Source: an uncultured delta proteobacterium
Lineage (GTDB): Bacteria; Desulfobacterota; Binatia; UBA9968
NCBI GenBank assembly: GCA_963737905.1
Contig: CAVTUQ010000043.1
Coordinates: 12,555-76,554 of the forward strand
Direction of reading: 5' to 3'
DNA length: 64,000 nt
Shown: piece by piece, positions 11,206 through 21,298 of the stretch
Layout of the letters: each line of letters opens with the position of its first letter
Position numbering within the stretch: the first letter of the stretch is position 1
Program-made: the position numbers and the translations under genes
Notes under the pieces: model-generated
What the model saw: the letters and a program-made list of their open reading frames with translations, nothing else
What the model was told of the DNA's origin: nothing
Database searches by the model: none

Positions 11206-11241
11206 AAAAAAGGGGAGTCAGCAATGACTCCCCTTTTTTTT
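11206..11241 (+). terminator. Rho-independent terminator (bidirectional shape)
   Basis: AAAAAAGGGGAGTCA-GCAA-TGACTCCCCTTTTTTTT just after the porin stop. Confidence 0.9.
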
Positions 11242-11368
11242 GGATCTTGCACCGCCCGTTAGGTTCATGGAAAGAATGGGCAACCCAACCTGCTATTGAA
11301 CTTGCAAGGCACCGGATGATAGATATTTGTAAATTCCCGATTATAGTCCAAGGATCTACGAGGAGAAA

Positions 11369-11998
11369 ATGTATCTCGCCATGAAAACGCGATCTTCAGT
11401 TGCGAATTGGGTCTTCGCTGCGTTTGTTTGCTTGGGGGCCGTCTCCTGCTCGAACACACTGCCGAGATTCGGGGTCGGTGGCCAATACGAAGAGGGTAAG
11501 GACCAGTTCTTCAGGGGGCGGGGCGGGGACATGGATAGGGCCGTCACTTCCCTGGAATATGTGGTTAGCCGAGATCCCACCTACAAGAATAGTCTCACTT
11601 ATCTGGGGCGGGCCTATTACCGTAAAGAAAGGTATAAGGATGCTTATGCGATTTTGCAGCGGGCTGTGGCGGTCGACAAAGACGATGAGATCGCCTGGCT
11701 TGCTTTGGGAGTGACCCAATTGCGTTTGGGGCAAAACGAACAGGGCATCGAAACACTCAAAGGCGGGATCACGCTCGCCAGCAAGGTGCTGGTCGAAGGC
11801 TACCACAACTATGAACGCTGGGATATCAAGGGGACTATCCGGGCATCGATCCGGCGCTGTGCCTTCTATTTAACCAAGGGCGTGGAGGAAAAAGAAAATA
11901 TAATTCAGTCTACCGATCGCCTGCTCGCTTTGATCGACGAAGAGGAAAACGTCCAGAAAAACACCCACGTGCAGAACATGAGACCGCTTTACCAATAA
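11369..11998 (+). CDS. TPR-containing lipoprotein
   Basis: Lipobox AVSC; TPR motifs (YLGRAYY, AWLALGVTQL); RBS GAGGAG. Confidence 0.8.
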   Translation: MYLAMKTRSSVANWVFAAFVCLGAVSCSNTLPRFGVGGQYEEGKDQFFRGRGGDMDRAVTSLEYVVSRDPTYKNSLTYLGRAYYRKERYKDAYAILQRAVAVDKDDEIAWLALGVTQLRLGQNEQGIETLKGGITLASKVLVEGYHNYERWDIKGTIRASIRRCAFYLTKGVEEKENIIQSTDRLLALIDEEENVQKNTHVQNMRPLYQ

Positions 11999-12044
11999 CT
12001 AGCCGGCGGCCATCGGTCTCTAGCCTGGATTCACTGGCGAACAA

Positions 12045-12224
12045 CGATCAAGGGGCGAGCCCTCCGGATCGAAGGCAATGGGCCTCTACCTTGAGGCGGC
12101 CCGCAAACCTAAGTTCTGAAGCGGATACCTGGGAAAAAATTCCGAGCGCAAGGTCAAACACCCTAATCGTCATTGGAACTGTTCGCCTCTGTGCCTTCGT
12201 TCCTCCAAACTCGCCCCTTGATCG
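12045..12224. other. 180-nt element bounded by long inverted repeats (structured RNA or MITE-like)
   Basis: Perfect 15-bp IR CGATCAAGGGGCGAG / CTCGCCCCTTGATCG plus adjacent 11/12 IR GGATCGAAGGCA / TGCCTTCGTTCC. Confidence 0.5.
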
Positions 12225-12266
12225 ACACTGTGTCGTGGGTTTTCCTGGGGGCGTGAATAATCCGGG

Positions 12267-12911
12267 CTAGGGCTCTTCCCCCTTGCCGCCGTCATCCCGG
12301 GACCTATCCTGCGCTTCCTGGCGTCGCGCCAGATCGCTTTCCTGCTCCATCCGGATCCCTAACCATTCCGTGTCGGCGGTTAGTCTTTGCCAGTCGAGAT
12401 CTTTCGCGGAGATCATCGCCAGGTTATTTTGAATCGCCCCGCGTATGTCCCGGTCCGGATCCCAGAACTGTCCAATAGAAAATCGCTGGGCTTGGTTAAT
12501 ATAATCCAGCCAATCATTAATACCTCGCATCCCCCCTTCGATTTCTTTTAGGCCGCGCTCACGATCGCCTTCGCGGGCCAAGGTCAGGCCTAGATAGAGC
12601 CTGGCGATATCTTCTTCGCGATTGCTGGAAAGCGCTCGCTCCAGGGTTTGCCGGGCCTGTGGAAGTCTGCCGGTAAGGTACTCTGAGCGTCCGACATAAC
12701 TCCAGACACTTTGCCTCGGGGAGCTTCCAGTCGCATACACATAGTTGGGATCCGTCTGAGCGGCGCTGTAAAAATAGCCGAGGGCGGTTTCACTGTTGCC
12801 CTCCAGTAGAGCCTGCCGTCCATACTGCACTTCGCCACCGGTCCGGAGGCTGGCGCATCCCGCGAGGAAAACCAACCATGAGAGCAATGCCAATGAGATT
12901 TTTGTTTTCAT
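12267..12911 (-). CDS. TPR lipoprotein, tandem paralog 1
   Basis: Start MKTKIS at 12911 after GGAG; lipobox LAGC; TPR helices. Confidence 0.85.
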   Translation of the reverse strand: MKTKISLALLSWLVFLAGCASLRTGGEVQYGRQALLEGNSETALGYFYSAAQTDPNYVYATGSSPRQSVWSYVGRSEYLTGRLPQARQTLERALSSNREEDIARLYLGLTLAREGDRERGLKEIEGGMRGINDWLDYINQAQRFSIGQFWDPDRDIRGAIQNNLAMISAKDLDWQRLTADTEWLGIRMEQESDLARRQEAQDRSRDDGGKGEEP

Positions 12912-13027
12912 AGCGTCTCCGTTTTTCAATCCATCGATGGCATTTGACCGGCAAGGGGAACGCCCAAAAGAACACCCACGGGCAGAACATGAGACCGATT
13001 TACCAAGTAACCGGCGCCCGGCGGTTC

Positions 13028-13669
13028 TTAGGGCTGGCTACCCCTCCCGCTATCCCGCGATCTTTCCTGCGCTTCCTGGCGCCGGGCCAGATCGCTTTCA
13101 TTCTCCATCCGTATCCCCAACCATTCGGTGTCAGCGGTTAGTCTTTGCCAGTCGAGATCTTTGCCGGAGATCATCGCCAGGTTATTTTGAATCGCCCCGC
13201 GTATGTCCCGGTCCGGATCCCAGAACTGTCCAATAGAAAATCGCTGGGCTTGGTTGATGTAATCGAGAAAATCGTTAATACCTCGCATCCCGCTTTCGAT
13301 TTCTTTCAGGCCGCGCTCGCGATCACCTTCGCGGGCCAAGGTCAAACCCAGATAGAGCCTGGCGATATCTTCTTCTCGATTGGCGGAAAGCGCCCGTTCC
13401 AGGGTTTGCCGGGCCTGTGGAAGTCTGCCGGTAAGGTACTCTGAGCGTCCAACATAACTCCAGACGCTTTGCCTCGGGGAGCTTCCAGTCGCATACACAT
13501 AGTTGGGATCCATCTGAGCGGCACTGTAAAAATAGCCGAGGGCGGTTTCACTGTTGCCCTCGAGTAGAGCCTGCCGTCCATACTGCACTTCGCCACCGGT
13601 CCGGAGGCTGGCGCATCCCGCGAGGAAAACCAACAATGAGAACAATGTCAATGAGCTCTTTGTTTTCAT
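13028..13669 (-). CDS. TPR lipoprotein, tandem paralog 2 (near-identical to 12267..12911)
   Basis: Start MKTKSS at 13669 after AGGAGG; the longer ORF to 14137 is an artefact overlapping the TSUP gene. Confidence 0.85.
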   Translation of the reverse strand: MKTKSSLTLFSLLVFLAGCASLRTGGEVQYGRQALLEGNSETALGYFYSAAQMDPNYVYATGSSPRQSVWSYVGRSEYLTGRLPQARQTLERALSANREEDIARLYLGLTLAREGDRERGLKEIESGMRGINDFLDYINQAQRFSIGQFWDPDRDIRGAIQNNLAMISGKDLDWQRLTADTEWLGIRMENESDLARRQEAQERSRDSGRGSQP

Positions 13670-13763
13670 GGCGTCCTCCTGTTTTCGGAAAGAAGCATAG
13701 TCACGGCGATTGAAAAAAGCAACACTGCAATCGTCGCAGTTTCGGACGCTCGGGGAGCGCTTC

Positions 13764-14572
13764 TTATGGTTCAAAATCGAGGATGCTGAGCCAAATTCTA
13801 GCGGCGATAAGCCCGACCATGGTGCCGTACACAGTGCGAAGCACAGGGGTCGGGAACCGGCGGTGGATTCTCTCTCCAAACAGTGCTCCGATGCCTGCTC
13901 CAAAAACCACGCCACCGTTGTTATGAGCCAAGGTATTTGGCCGGTTGCAAGACTATGCCGAGAAATCCAAAGCAGGTATTGATCATCGCGATAAAGAGAC
14001 TGCTGCCGATGGCGATTCGTGTCGGCACTTTGAGGACATAAATCAGCAACGGCACAAAGACGAAATTTCCCGCGCCGAGAAAGCCGATGAGAATCCCGAT
14101 GACAAGCGAGCATAGAGACAAAGGAGCCGGACGCCACTGAAACCTTTTCTAGCGAAGTTATTTCCAGCTCCTTGCTCGGGGCCGGAAGAAAACATCATGG
14201 CGAATACAAGGAGGGTGGCGATGCCGAAAAGCAGCAGTAGAAATCGTTCTGATGTCCATTCTGATGCGACTCCGGCGACAAAGGAGCCGGCGGCGGAAGC
14301 GATCCCCGCAACGAAGGCAATGCGCCCATGCACGCGGCCACTACGCAGGTGGGCCAAGCCGAACCGACGAGGGTCGAAAAAAATACCTGGGTCATAACCG
14401 ACCGCGGCGACGGTCCTGGCTTGGATCTCCTCCAAACCTAAAAGCGGACGGGACGTAATAGAGAAGGGGAAAACATCACTACGCCTCCACCGAAACCCAA
14501 GAGGCGCGAGAAAAAAACCCCCCGATGGCGCCGATAACGGCCAGGCTAGACGATGAGGCGACCGGGACTCAT
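13764..14572 (-). pseudogene. TSUP (TauE/SafE sulfite-exporter family) membrane protein, multiply frameshifted
   Basis: Fragments in different frames: LAVIGAIGGFF..LGFGGG, GILIGFLGAGNFVFVPLLIYVLKVPTRIAIGSSL, GAGIGALFGERIH...IAARIW. Confidence 0.65.
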
Positions 14573-15469
14573 CGTCCGGATCCCGGAACCGGTCATTAGG
14601 AAAAGATCGCCTACCGTGGTCAGCAAGTAACCGATGCTCACATAGGCATTAAAATCAAAGAAGGCGCGATTGATCCGCGAGAGGTCGGTGGGAGTAACTA
14701 GACGGTGCTCCCAGAACAAAATAATTGAAATGATCGCAAAGCCGAGCCAGTAAATGACTCCCATCTGAGCAGAAAGTCCAACCGCGGCGAGAAAAACTAC
14801 GGTACAGGTGTGGAAAAAACCGGAAAACCGCAAAGCGCCGGCAACCCCGAAACGAACCGGAATGGAATAAAGCCCTTCCTTGCGGTCGAACGCGTGGTCT
14901 TGGAGCGAATAAATAACGTCGAAACCCGCCAGCCAGAAAAGCACAGCGAGTCCGAGGAAAAAGGGAGTTGCCAGCTCTTGTACATCGATGGGCGAGCCCG
15001 AAACGGCAAGCCAAGCTCCCATGGGAGCGAGCGAAAGCGCAAACCCGAGAAATAAATGTGACGCCCAGGTAAAGCGCTTGGTCAGGGAATAAAAGAAGAC
15101 AATGGTGAGGGCAACCGGCGATAGGACAAAGCAGACGAAATTCAGTCGATACGCGGCGTAGACGAAAATCAGAGAGCTGGCGACCGTCAGTATGACAGCC
15201 TCCCAGACCCTGACGGTCCCGTGAGGGAGTTCCCATTGACGAGTGCGGGGATTGAGAGCGTCAAATTTTCGATCGACCAGACGGTTGAAAGCCATAGCCG
15301 CGCTCCTCGCGCCGACCATGGCGACTAGAATCCAAAAAAAACTGCGCAGCGTGACCGGATGAGATGGCCAGGCGAGGGCGACGGAAGCGAGCGCAAAAGG
15401 CAAGGCGAAAATCGTGTGAGAGAAGCGAATGAGCCGGCCGTAATTTCGAATTTTTTCGAATAGACTCAT
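14546..15469 (-). CDS. UbiA-family prenyltransferase (MqnP-like, futalosine menaquinone pathway)
   Basis: IRFSHTIFALPFA, AMAFNRLVDRKFDALNPRT, YSLTKRFT and GFDVIYSLQD motifs. Confidence 0.9.
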   Translation of the reverse strand: MSLFEKIRNYGRLIRFSHTIFALPFALASVALAWPSHPVTLRSFFWILVAMVGARSAAMAFNRLVDRKFDALNPRTRQWELPHGTVRVWEAVILTVASSLIFVYAAYRLNFVCFVLSPVALTIVFFYSLTKRFTWASHLFLGFALSLAPMGAWLAVSGSPIDVQELATPFFLGLAVLFWLAGFDVIYSLQDHAFDRKEGLYSIPVRFGVAGALRFSGFFHTCTVVFLAAVGLSAQMGVIYWLGFAIISIILFWEHRLVTPTDLSRINRAFFDFNAYVSIGYLLTTVGDLFLMTGSGIRTMSPGRLIV

Positions 15470-15509
15470 GTCTTCTTACCTTGGATCGGAGAGCGGAATC
15501 GTTGATGCT

Positions 15510-15572
15510 GTTCAATTCGTTCCACCAGTTCAGTCGGTTTGAGCGATTTGAACGTATTGAACGTTTTGAACC
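15510..15572. repeat. Degenerate 9-mer tandem repeats arranged as an inverted pair
   Basis: GTTCAATTC GTTCCACCA GTTCAGTCG then TTTGAGCG, TTTGAACG, ATTGAACG, TTTGAACC. Confidence 0.6.
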
Positions 15573-15581
15573 GAGCCTCGG

Positions 15582-17024
15582 TCATATCCCGAGTTTTTCC
15601 CAGATCGAGTCGATGTATCTCTTGGTTTTGTCGTCCATCACGATGGCATCGGGCCATTCACGTTCGAAGCCCTCGCTGCGCCACTTTCTGGTCGCATCGA
15701 TGCCCATTTTAGAACCGAAGCCCATGACCGGGGCGGCATGGTCTAAGACGTCGACGGGTCCTTCGACAAAGATGACATCCCGCTTGGGATCGATATGGTT
15801 GCCCACTACCCATGTGATCTCGGAAAGATCTTGGACATTGACGTCGTGGTCCACAATCATAAAAATTTTCGTAAACATCATCTGGCCGAGGCCCCACAGT
15901 GCATGCATTACCTTGCGGGCATGACCTGGATACTCTTTCTTAATCGAAATTATCGCCAGATTATGAAAGATGCCGTGCGCCGGCAGATGCATGTCGACGA
16001 TTTCGGGTAAAGTCACGCGCACCAGCGGTAAGAAAAGCCGCTCCGTCGTCTTGCCGAGATAGGCGTCCTCCATCGGCGGCCGGCCCACGATAGTAGTCGG
16101 GTAGATGGGGTTTTTTCGGTGGGTGATGCAGGTTACGTGAAAGACCGGATAGTCGTCCGCCAGTGAATAAAAGCCCGTGTGATCACCGAACGGGCCCTCG
16201 CGGCGCAATGGTTCGGCGGGATCGACGTAGCCTTCGATAACGATATCCGAATTGGCCGGCACCTCGACATCTACCGTGATCCCCTTGACGAGTTCAACTC
16301 CTTTCTTGCGCAAAAAACCGGTAAACAAGATCTCGTCGATCTGATCCGGCAACGGCGCGGTGGCGGCATAGATCATCGCCGGGTCACCGCCCAAGCAGAC
16401 CGCCAGTTCTAGCCTTCCGGCACGCTCCTTTTGGTGGAGAAAGTGGCGCGCGCCGACCTTGTGCAGATGCCAATGCATCCCCGTCGTGCGCGGGTCGAAG
16501 ACCTGCATGCGATAAAGGCCGACGTTGCGCGTACCGGTGCGGGGATCTTTCGTAAAAACCATCGGCAGGGTAATGAACGGGCCGGCGTCCCCCGGCCAGC
16601 TGGTGAGGACCGGTAAGATGCCAAGATCAGGTTCGTGTGAAATCGTTTCCTGGCAGGCGGCATCTTTTACAATCTTGGGTGGTATTCCGGAGAGACGAAT
16701 TAATTCGCCCAACAGCGAGAGTTTATCTTTAAATGATTTTGGCGGCTTGGTGCGGATGAGTTTTTCGATTTCCGCTGCAATCTCCTCAACGTTGTTAACG
16801 CCCAAGGCCAATGCCATCCGCTTCATTGAGCCGAAGGCGTTGATCAAAAGGGAAATCTTTTTGTCGACAACGTTTTCGAAGAGCAGTGCCGGGCCATTGT
16901 TTTTCATGACCCGATCGGCGATCTCGGCGATCTCCAGTTCAGCTTTAACGGGATAGGTGATACGCTTGAGTTCGCCTTGCTGCGCCAAAACTTGAACGAA
17001 ATCTGCCAAGCTGTTATAGGCCAT
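15582..17024 (-). CDS. UbiD-family menaquinone biosynthesis decarboxylase (MqnL-like)
   Basis: RNVGLYRMQ, EGPFGDHTGFY, GRPPMED, GHARKVMHALWGLGQM and GSKMGIDAT motifs. Confidence 0.92.
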   Translation of the reverse strand: MAYNSLADFVQVLAQQGELKRITYPVKAELEIAEIADRVMKNNGPALLFENVVDKKISLLINAFGSMKRMALALGVNNVEEIAAEIEKLIRTKPPKSFKDKLSLLGELIRLSGIPPKIVKDAACQETISHEPDLGILPVLTSWPGDAGPFITLPMVFTKDPRTGTRNVGLYRMQVFDPRTTGMHWHLHKVGARHFLHQKERAGRLELAVCLGGDPAMIYAATAPLPDQIDEILFTGFLRKKGVELVKGITVDVEVPANSDIVIEGYVDPAEPLRREGPFGDHTGFYSLADDYPVFHVTCITHRKNPIYPTTIVGRPPMEDAYLGKTTERLFLPLVRVTLPEIVDMHLPAHGIFHNLAIISIKKEYPGHARKVMHALWGLGQMMFTKIFMIVDHDVNVQDLSEITWVVGNHIDPKRDVIFVEGPVDVLDHAAPVMGFGSKMGIDATRKWRSEGFEREWPDAIVMDDKTKRYIDSIWEKLGI

Positions 17025-17070
17025 GTGTCGAAGGACCTTGCCTTTTCTCCACCGTTAAACTCGAATCAAA

Positions 17071-19183
17071 ATGTCTAATATCACAGCGCCGAATAAGTCA
17101 AGCCGGCAACGAGCTTTTGAACCCCGCGCTGGGTTTCTCCAATGGGGAATACCGATCATCATCGTTGCCCTGACGGCGGCCGCGTTTTATCCGGCGCTGC
17201 AAAACAGCTTTGTCAATTGGGACGACTACAAAAATATCGTAGAAAACCCCCACTATCGCGGCCTCGGCTGGACGAATTTCCGCTGGATGTTTACGACTTT
17301 CCACATGGGCCATTATCAGCCATTGAGTTGGGTGACCTTGGGACTGGATTATGTTTTTTGGGGGATGAACCCTTTCGGATATCATTTAACCAACCTCATT
17401 CTCCACGGCGCCAACGCCCTCGTGTTCTATTATGTTTCCCTTCGACTTTTGTCGTTACTCGATACCACGCCTTCGACCCATAAAACTCATGCGCTACCTA
17501 TAGCAGCGGTTTTGGCTGCGCTGTTTTTTGCCATCCACCCTCTGCGAGTCGAATCCGTTGCCTGGGTTACCGAACGACGGGACGTCCTCTCCGGATTCTT
17601 CTTTCTTTTGACTATACTCTTCTACCTCAAAGCCGTCACTGTCGGAGAAGCCGAGTCGGGCCGTCGGCAATGGAGGGCCCTTTCCTTGATTTCCTATGGA
17701 CTTTCATTGCTGTCTAAAGCCAGCGGAATCACGCTTCCGCTCGTGCTTGTGGTTCTTGACGTCTACCCTTTGCGGCGGCTGGGACAAGATCCGAAGCGAT
17801 GGCTAGCTCTGGAATCGCGCAAGATTTGGCGAGAAAAAATAGCCTTTCTCGTGCTCGCCTTGGGGGCGGGAATCGTGGCTCTAATGGCCCAGCACCAAGC
17901 GAAAGCTATTCGACCCCTGGAGCAATACGATACCGCCTCCCGAATAATGCAATCTCTTTACGGAGTGGGATTCTATTTACGGAAAACAGTCCTGCCCTTT
18001 AGCCTGTCCCCCCTTTACGAGGTTTCCCAAACTCCCGATCCCTGGCGATGGTCCTTCTTGCTCAGCGGGATTGTGGTTGTCGGAATCACGGTAGCCCTCT
18101 TTTTTCAAAGGCGGCGCTGGCCGGCCATTTTTGCGAGTTGGATGGTTTATGTAATTCTCTTGTTCCCGACATCGGGAATTGCTCAGAGCGGTCCCCAGCT
18201 CGTCGCCGATCGCTATAGCTATCTTTCCTGTATGGTCTGGGCGTTGGGCGGCAGCGGAGCGTTTTTTCGACTTTGGCAGCTCTCGTGGAATCGAGATGCT
18301 CCTCGGAAGGCTGTTTGGTTCGGTGGTGATTTTTATCGCGGTGGTTTTGATGGGCCTCGGGGTCCTGACCTGGAAGCAAACACAGGTTTGGCACGATTCG
18401 GAAGAATTGTGGCGCCATGCATTATCGATCGATCGAGAATCTTCTTTCGCCCACAATAATCTCGGTAATGCGCTTGCCGCTCAGGGACGATTTGAAGAAG
18501 CGATTGATCAATTTCAGAGGGCCCTAAGAATCGACTCTAACGACCCAGATGCGACTTATAATCTAGGCAATGCCTTGGCACAACAAGGCAACTTCGAAGC
18601 GGCGGGCAAACAACTGCAGCAGGCCCTGCAAATCAATCCCAACAATGCCATGGCCGCCTACGACCTGGGCAACGTGCGCGCTAGACAGGGACGATTTGAA
18701 GAAGCGATTGATCAATTTCAGACGGCGTTAAAGATCGACCCCGGACTGGCGCGGGCTCACTACAATGCGGGGAGTCTTTTGACCCAGCAGGGTAAGCTAG
18801 ACGAGGCAATCGCTCACTTTCGCCAAGTCATGCTCCTTGCCCCCGAAGACGCGCGGCCTCCCTACCATCTAGGGCAAATATTTTCACGACAGGGAAGGCT
18901 TGACGAAGCGATTCGGAACTATCGTCTTGCCTTGCGCATCGACCCTTCCAATCTGAAGGCGCGTTATTACTTGGCAGTCGCCCTCACCGAACAAGGCGAC
19001 TTCGATAGTGCAGGAAAAGAATTTGCGGAGACGCTTCGCCTTGACCCGAACCTCGGGGAAGCTCACGCCGGCCTGGCGCGCGCGCTGTCAGCACAGGGAA
19101 AGAAAAATGAAGCGGTGCAGCACTATCAGGAAGCTCTGCGACTTTTAAAATCAGAGAGTCAGATTGAAGGGTCAAAGAAGTGA
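17071..19183 (+). CDS. TMTC-like GT-C O-mannosyltransferase homolog with C-terminal TPRs, frameshift near 18300
   Basis: FVNWDD, YQPL, GYHLTN, FAIHPLRVESVAWVTERRDVL, LLSKA, ADRYSYL, then WHDS and a TPR array in ORF 18179..19183. Confidence 0.85.
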
Positions 19184-19237
19184 CCTGGGATAACGAAGCG
19201 GCGGTGAGAGAGAGCCTCGGTTGACCCGGTCCATGGG

Positions 19238-21298
19238 TTGGGGATGACCAGGACCGACAAGCTAGTGTCCTATCTGCTTCCCAGTTCGGTTGCCCTCATG
19301 ACCCTCATCGTTTTTTCACGGGCTTTACGGAACGGCTTCGTTAACTGGGACGATCTGGAGACTCTCGTTGAAAACCAAAACTTCAGAGGTTTTACCTGGT
19401 CCCATCTGCGCTGGATGTTTACGACCTTCCACCAAGGTCACTACCAACCTCTCACCTGGCTTACGTTCAGCCTGGATTATCTGGTGTGGGGTATAGATCC
19501 TTTCGGTTATCACCTGACAAATATTCTCTTTCATTCGGCGAATGCGGTGCTCTTTTATTTCGTTACCCTGCGTCTGCTGGCGATCGCGTCACCGATTTCC
19601 AGCGCCCTTTTGCTAAAGCTGGCTGCGGGATTTTCCGCCCTTGTCTTCGCCCTTCATCCTCTGCGGGTTGAATCCGTTGCGTGGGCCACTGAACGCCGCG
19701 ACGTTCTTTCAGGGTTTTTTCTTCTGCTGACGGTTCTTAGCTACCTGAAGGGCGTTGGTTACGAAACGAATGATAGGAGCGGGCGGCGCTGGATCGCCGT
19801 CTCGGCGCTGCTTTATGTGCTCTCGCTTCTATCGAAAGCGAGCGGCATGACGCTTCCGCTGGTTCTGCTCGTCTTGGACGTCTACCCGCTCCGGCGGCTC
19901 GGAGGCGGCGTCGGTCAATGGTTCAGCGCGGGTTCCCGGCGTGTTTGGCTGGAAAAGCTGCCTTTCGTTGCGGCCGCCGTAGCCGCTGGGGCGGTCGCCT
20001 TAACGGCTCAACAAAAAGCGGGCGCTCTCGTGAGCACGGAAACCCACGATCTGGCGGGAAGAATCGCTCAAGGATTGTACGGCGTAACCTTCTACATAGT
20101 GAAAACTTTGCAGCCTACCGATCTTGCTCCGCTTTACGAAATTCCTCCCGAGCTTCATCTTTTTCACTGGCGTATCATTTTTGCGGCGCTCGTTTTTCTC
20201 GTGTTGAGTCTTGGCTTTTTCGCGGCCAGGCATCGATGGCCCGCCGCCATGGCGGCTTGGATCGTGTATCTCCTGCTGTTGGCGCCGGTCTTGGGCGTCG
20301 CTCAAGCCGGCGTGCAGTTGGTGGCGGATCGCTACAGTTATCTATCATGTATGGTTTGGGCGATACTTTTGGCAACCGTGCTTTCTCGTCTTTGGCGACC
20401 GATGACTCTGGGAGTCGCTCGCCCCATTCTTCTGACGGCGATTCCGCTGTTCGTTCTTTTCGGGTTGGCTCGTTTGACCTGGAGACAGACCGAGATTTGG
20501 CACGATTCGGAGAGACTCTGGAACCATGCGCTTGCCGTGAGCCCTTCGAGTATGGCCCATTTCCACGTCGGCAGGTTCTCGGCACAGCGTGGCGATTTGC
20601 CCGAGGCCGAGAAGCACCTGCGTCGCGCCGTCGAGATCAATCCGACCAACGATGTGATGCAAAGCAATCTTGCTTTGGTTCTCGCAAGACAGGGAAATTT
20701 GGCGGAAGCAACGGCGCATTTTTATCGCGCCTTGGAAATCAATCCGGCCGATCCAGCCACCTTGAACAACATGGGCATCGCCCTTGCTCAACAAGGCAAG
20801 CTGGATGAAGCGATCGAGCACTTTCAGCGTTCTGTGGAGATTAAGCCCAACGACGCCTCAGGTCACTCGAACCTGGCAAATGTGCTGCTGAACCGAGGAG
20901 ATCTGGACGGGGCCATGAAGCACCTGCGCCTCGCCATCGAGATTGAGCCGGGGGATGCCGATAACCAGAACAGTCTCGCCATTGTCTTGGCGAAGCGCGG
21001 AAATTTGGCGGATGCCACCGAGCACCTGCGCCGTGTCGTGGAACTCAAGCCCGGAGACGCTGCGGCCGTGAACAATTTGGCCATTACCCTCGCTCAACAA
21101 GGACAACTCGGGGAAGCGGCCCGACATTTCGAAGCAGCTCTCAGCATCGATCCCAATATCGCCGAAGCTCATGCGGGGCTGGCGCGGGTGCTCGCCATGC
21201 AGAAGAAGCCGGAAGAGGCGACGCGCCATTATCAGGAGGCGCTCAGGATCCTCAAGGCGCAACAGAAGGCTGAAAGCTCCGGAGACAGCAAGCGATGA
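19238..21298 (+). CDS. TMTC-like GT-C O-mannosyltransferase homolog with C-terminal TPRs (paralog 2)
   Basis: Same motif set (FVNWDD, HPLRVESVAWATERRDVL, ADRYSYL, WHDS) plus TPR repeats. Confidence 0.88.
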   Translation: MGMTRTDKLVSYLLPSSVALMTLIVFSRALRNGFVNWDDLETLVENQNFRGFTWSHLRWMFTTFHQGHYQPLTWLTFSLDYLVWGIDPFGYHLTNILFHSANAVLFYFVTLRLLAIASPISSALLLKLAAGFSALVFALHPLRVESVAWATERRDVLSGFFLLLTVLSYLKGVGYETNDRSGRRWIAVSALLYVLSLLSKASGMTLPLVLLVLDVYPLRRLGGGVGQWFSAGSRRVWLEKLPFVAAAVAAGAVALTAQQKAGALVSTETHDLAGRIAQGLYGVTFYIVKTLQPTDLAPLYEIPPELHLFHWRIIFAALVFLVLSLGFFAARHRWPAAMAAWIVYLLLLAPVLGVAQAGVQLVADRYSYLSCMVWAILLATVLSRLWRPMTLGVARPILLTAIPLFVLFGLARLTWRQTEIWHDSERLWNHALAVSPSSMAHFHVGRFSAQRGDLPEAEKHLRRAVEINPTNDVMQSNLALVLARQGNLAEATAHFYRALEINPADPATLNNMGIALAQQGKLDEAIEHFQRSVEIKPNDASGHSNLANVLLNRGDLDGAMKHLRLAIEIEPGDADNQNSLAIVLAKRGNLADATEHLRRVVELKPGDAAAVNNLAITLAQQGQLGEAARHFEAALSIDPNIAEAHAGLARVLAMQKKPEEATRHYQEALRILKAQQKAESSGDSKR

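Noticed and set aside
12045-12224. Retron msr-msd
   Set aside because: Terminal inverted repeats fit loosely, but there is no reverse transcriptase in the window
13670-14137. N-terminal 156-aa extension of ORF 13028..14137
   Set aside because: Out-of-frame read of the TSUP gene; the paralog, RBS and lipobox place the real start at 13669
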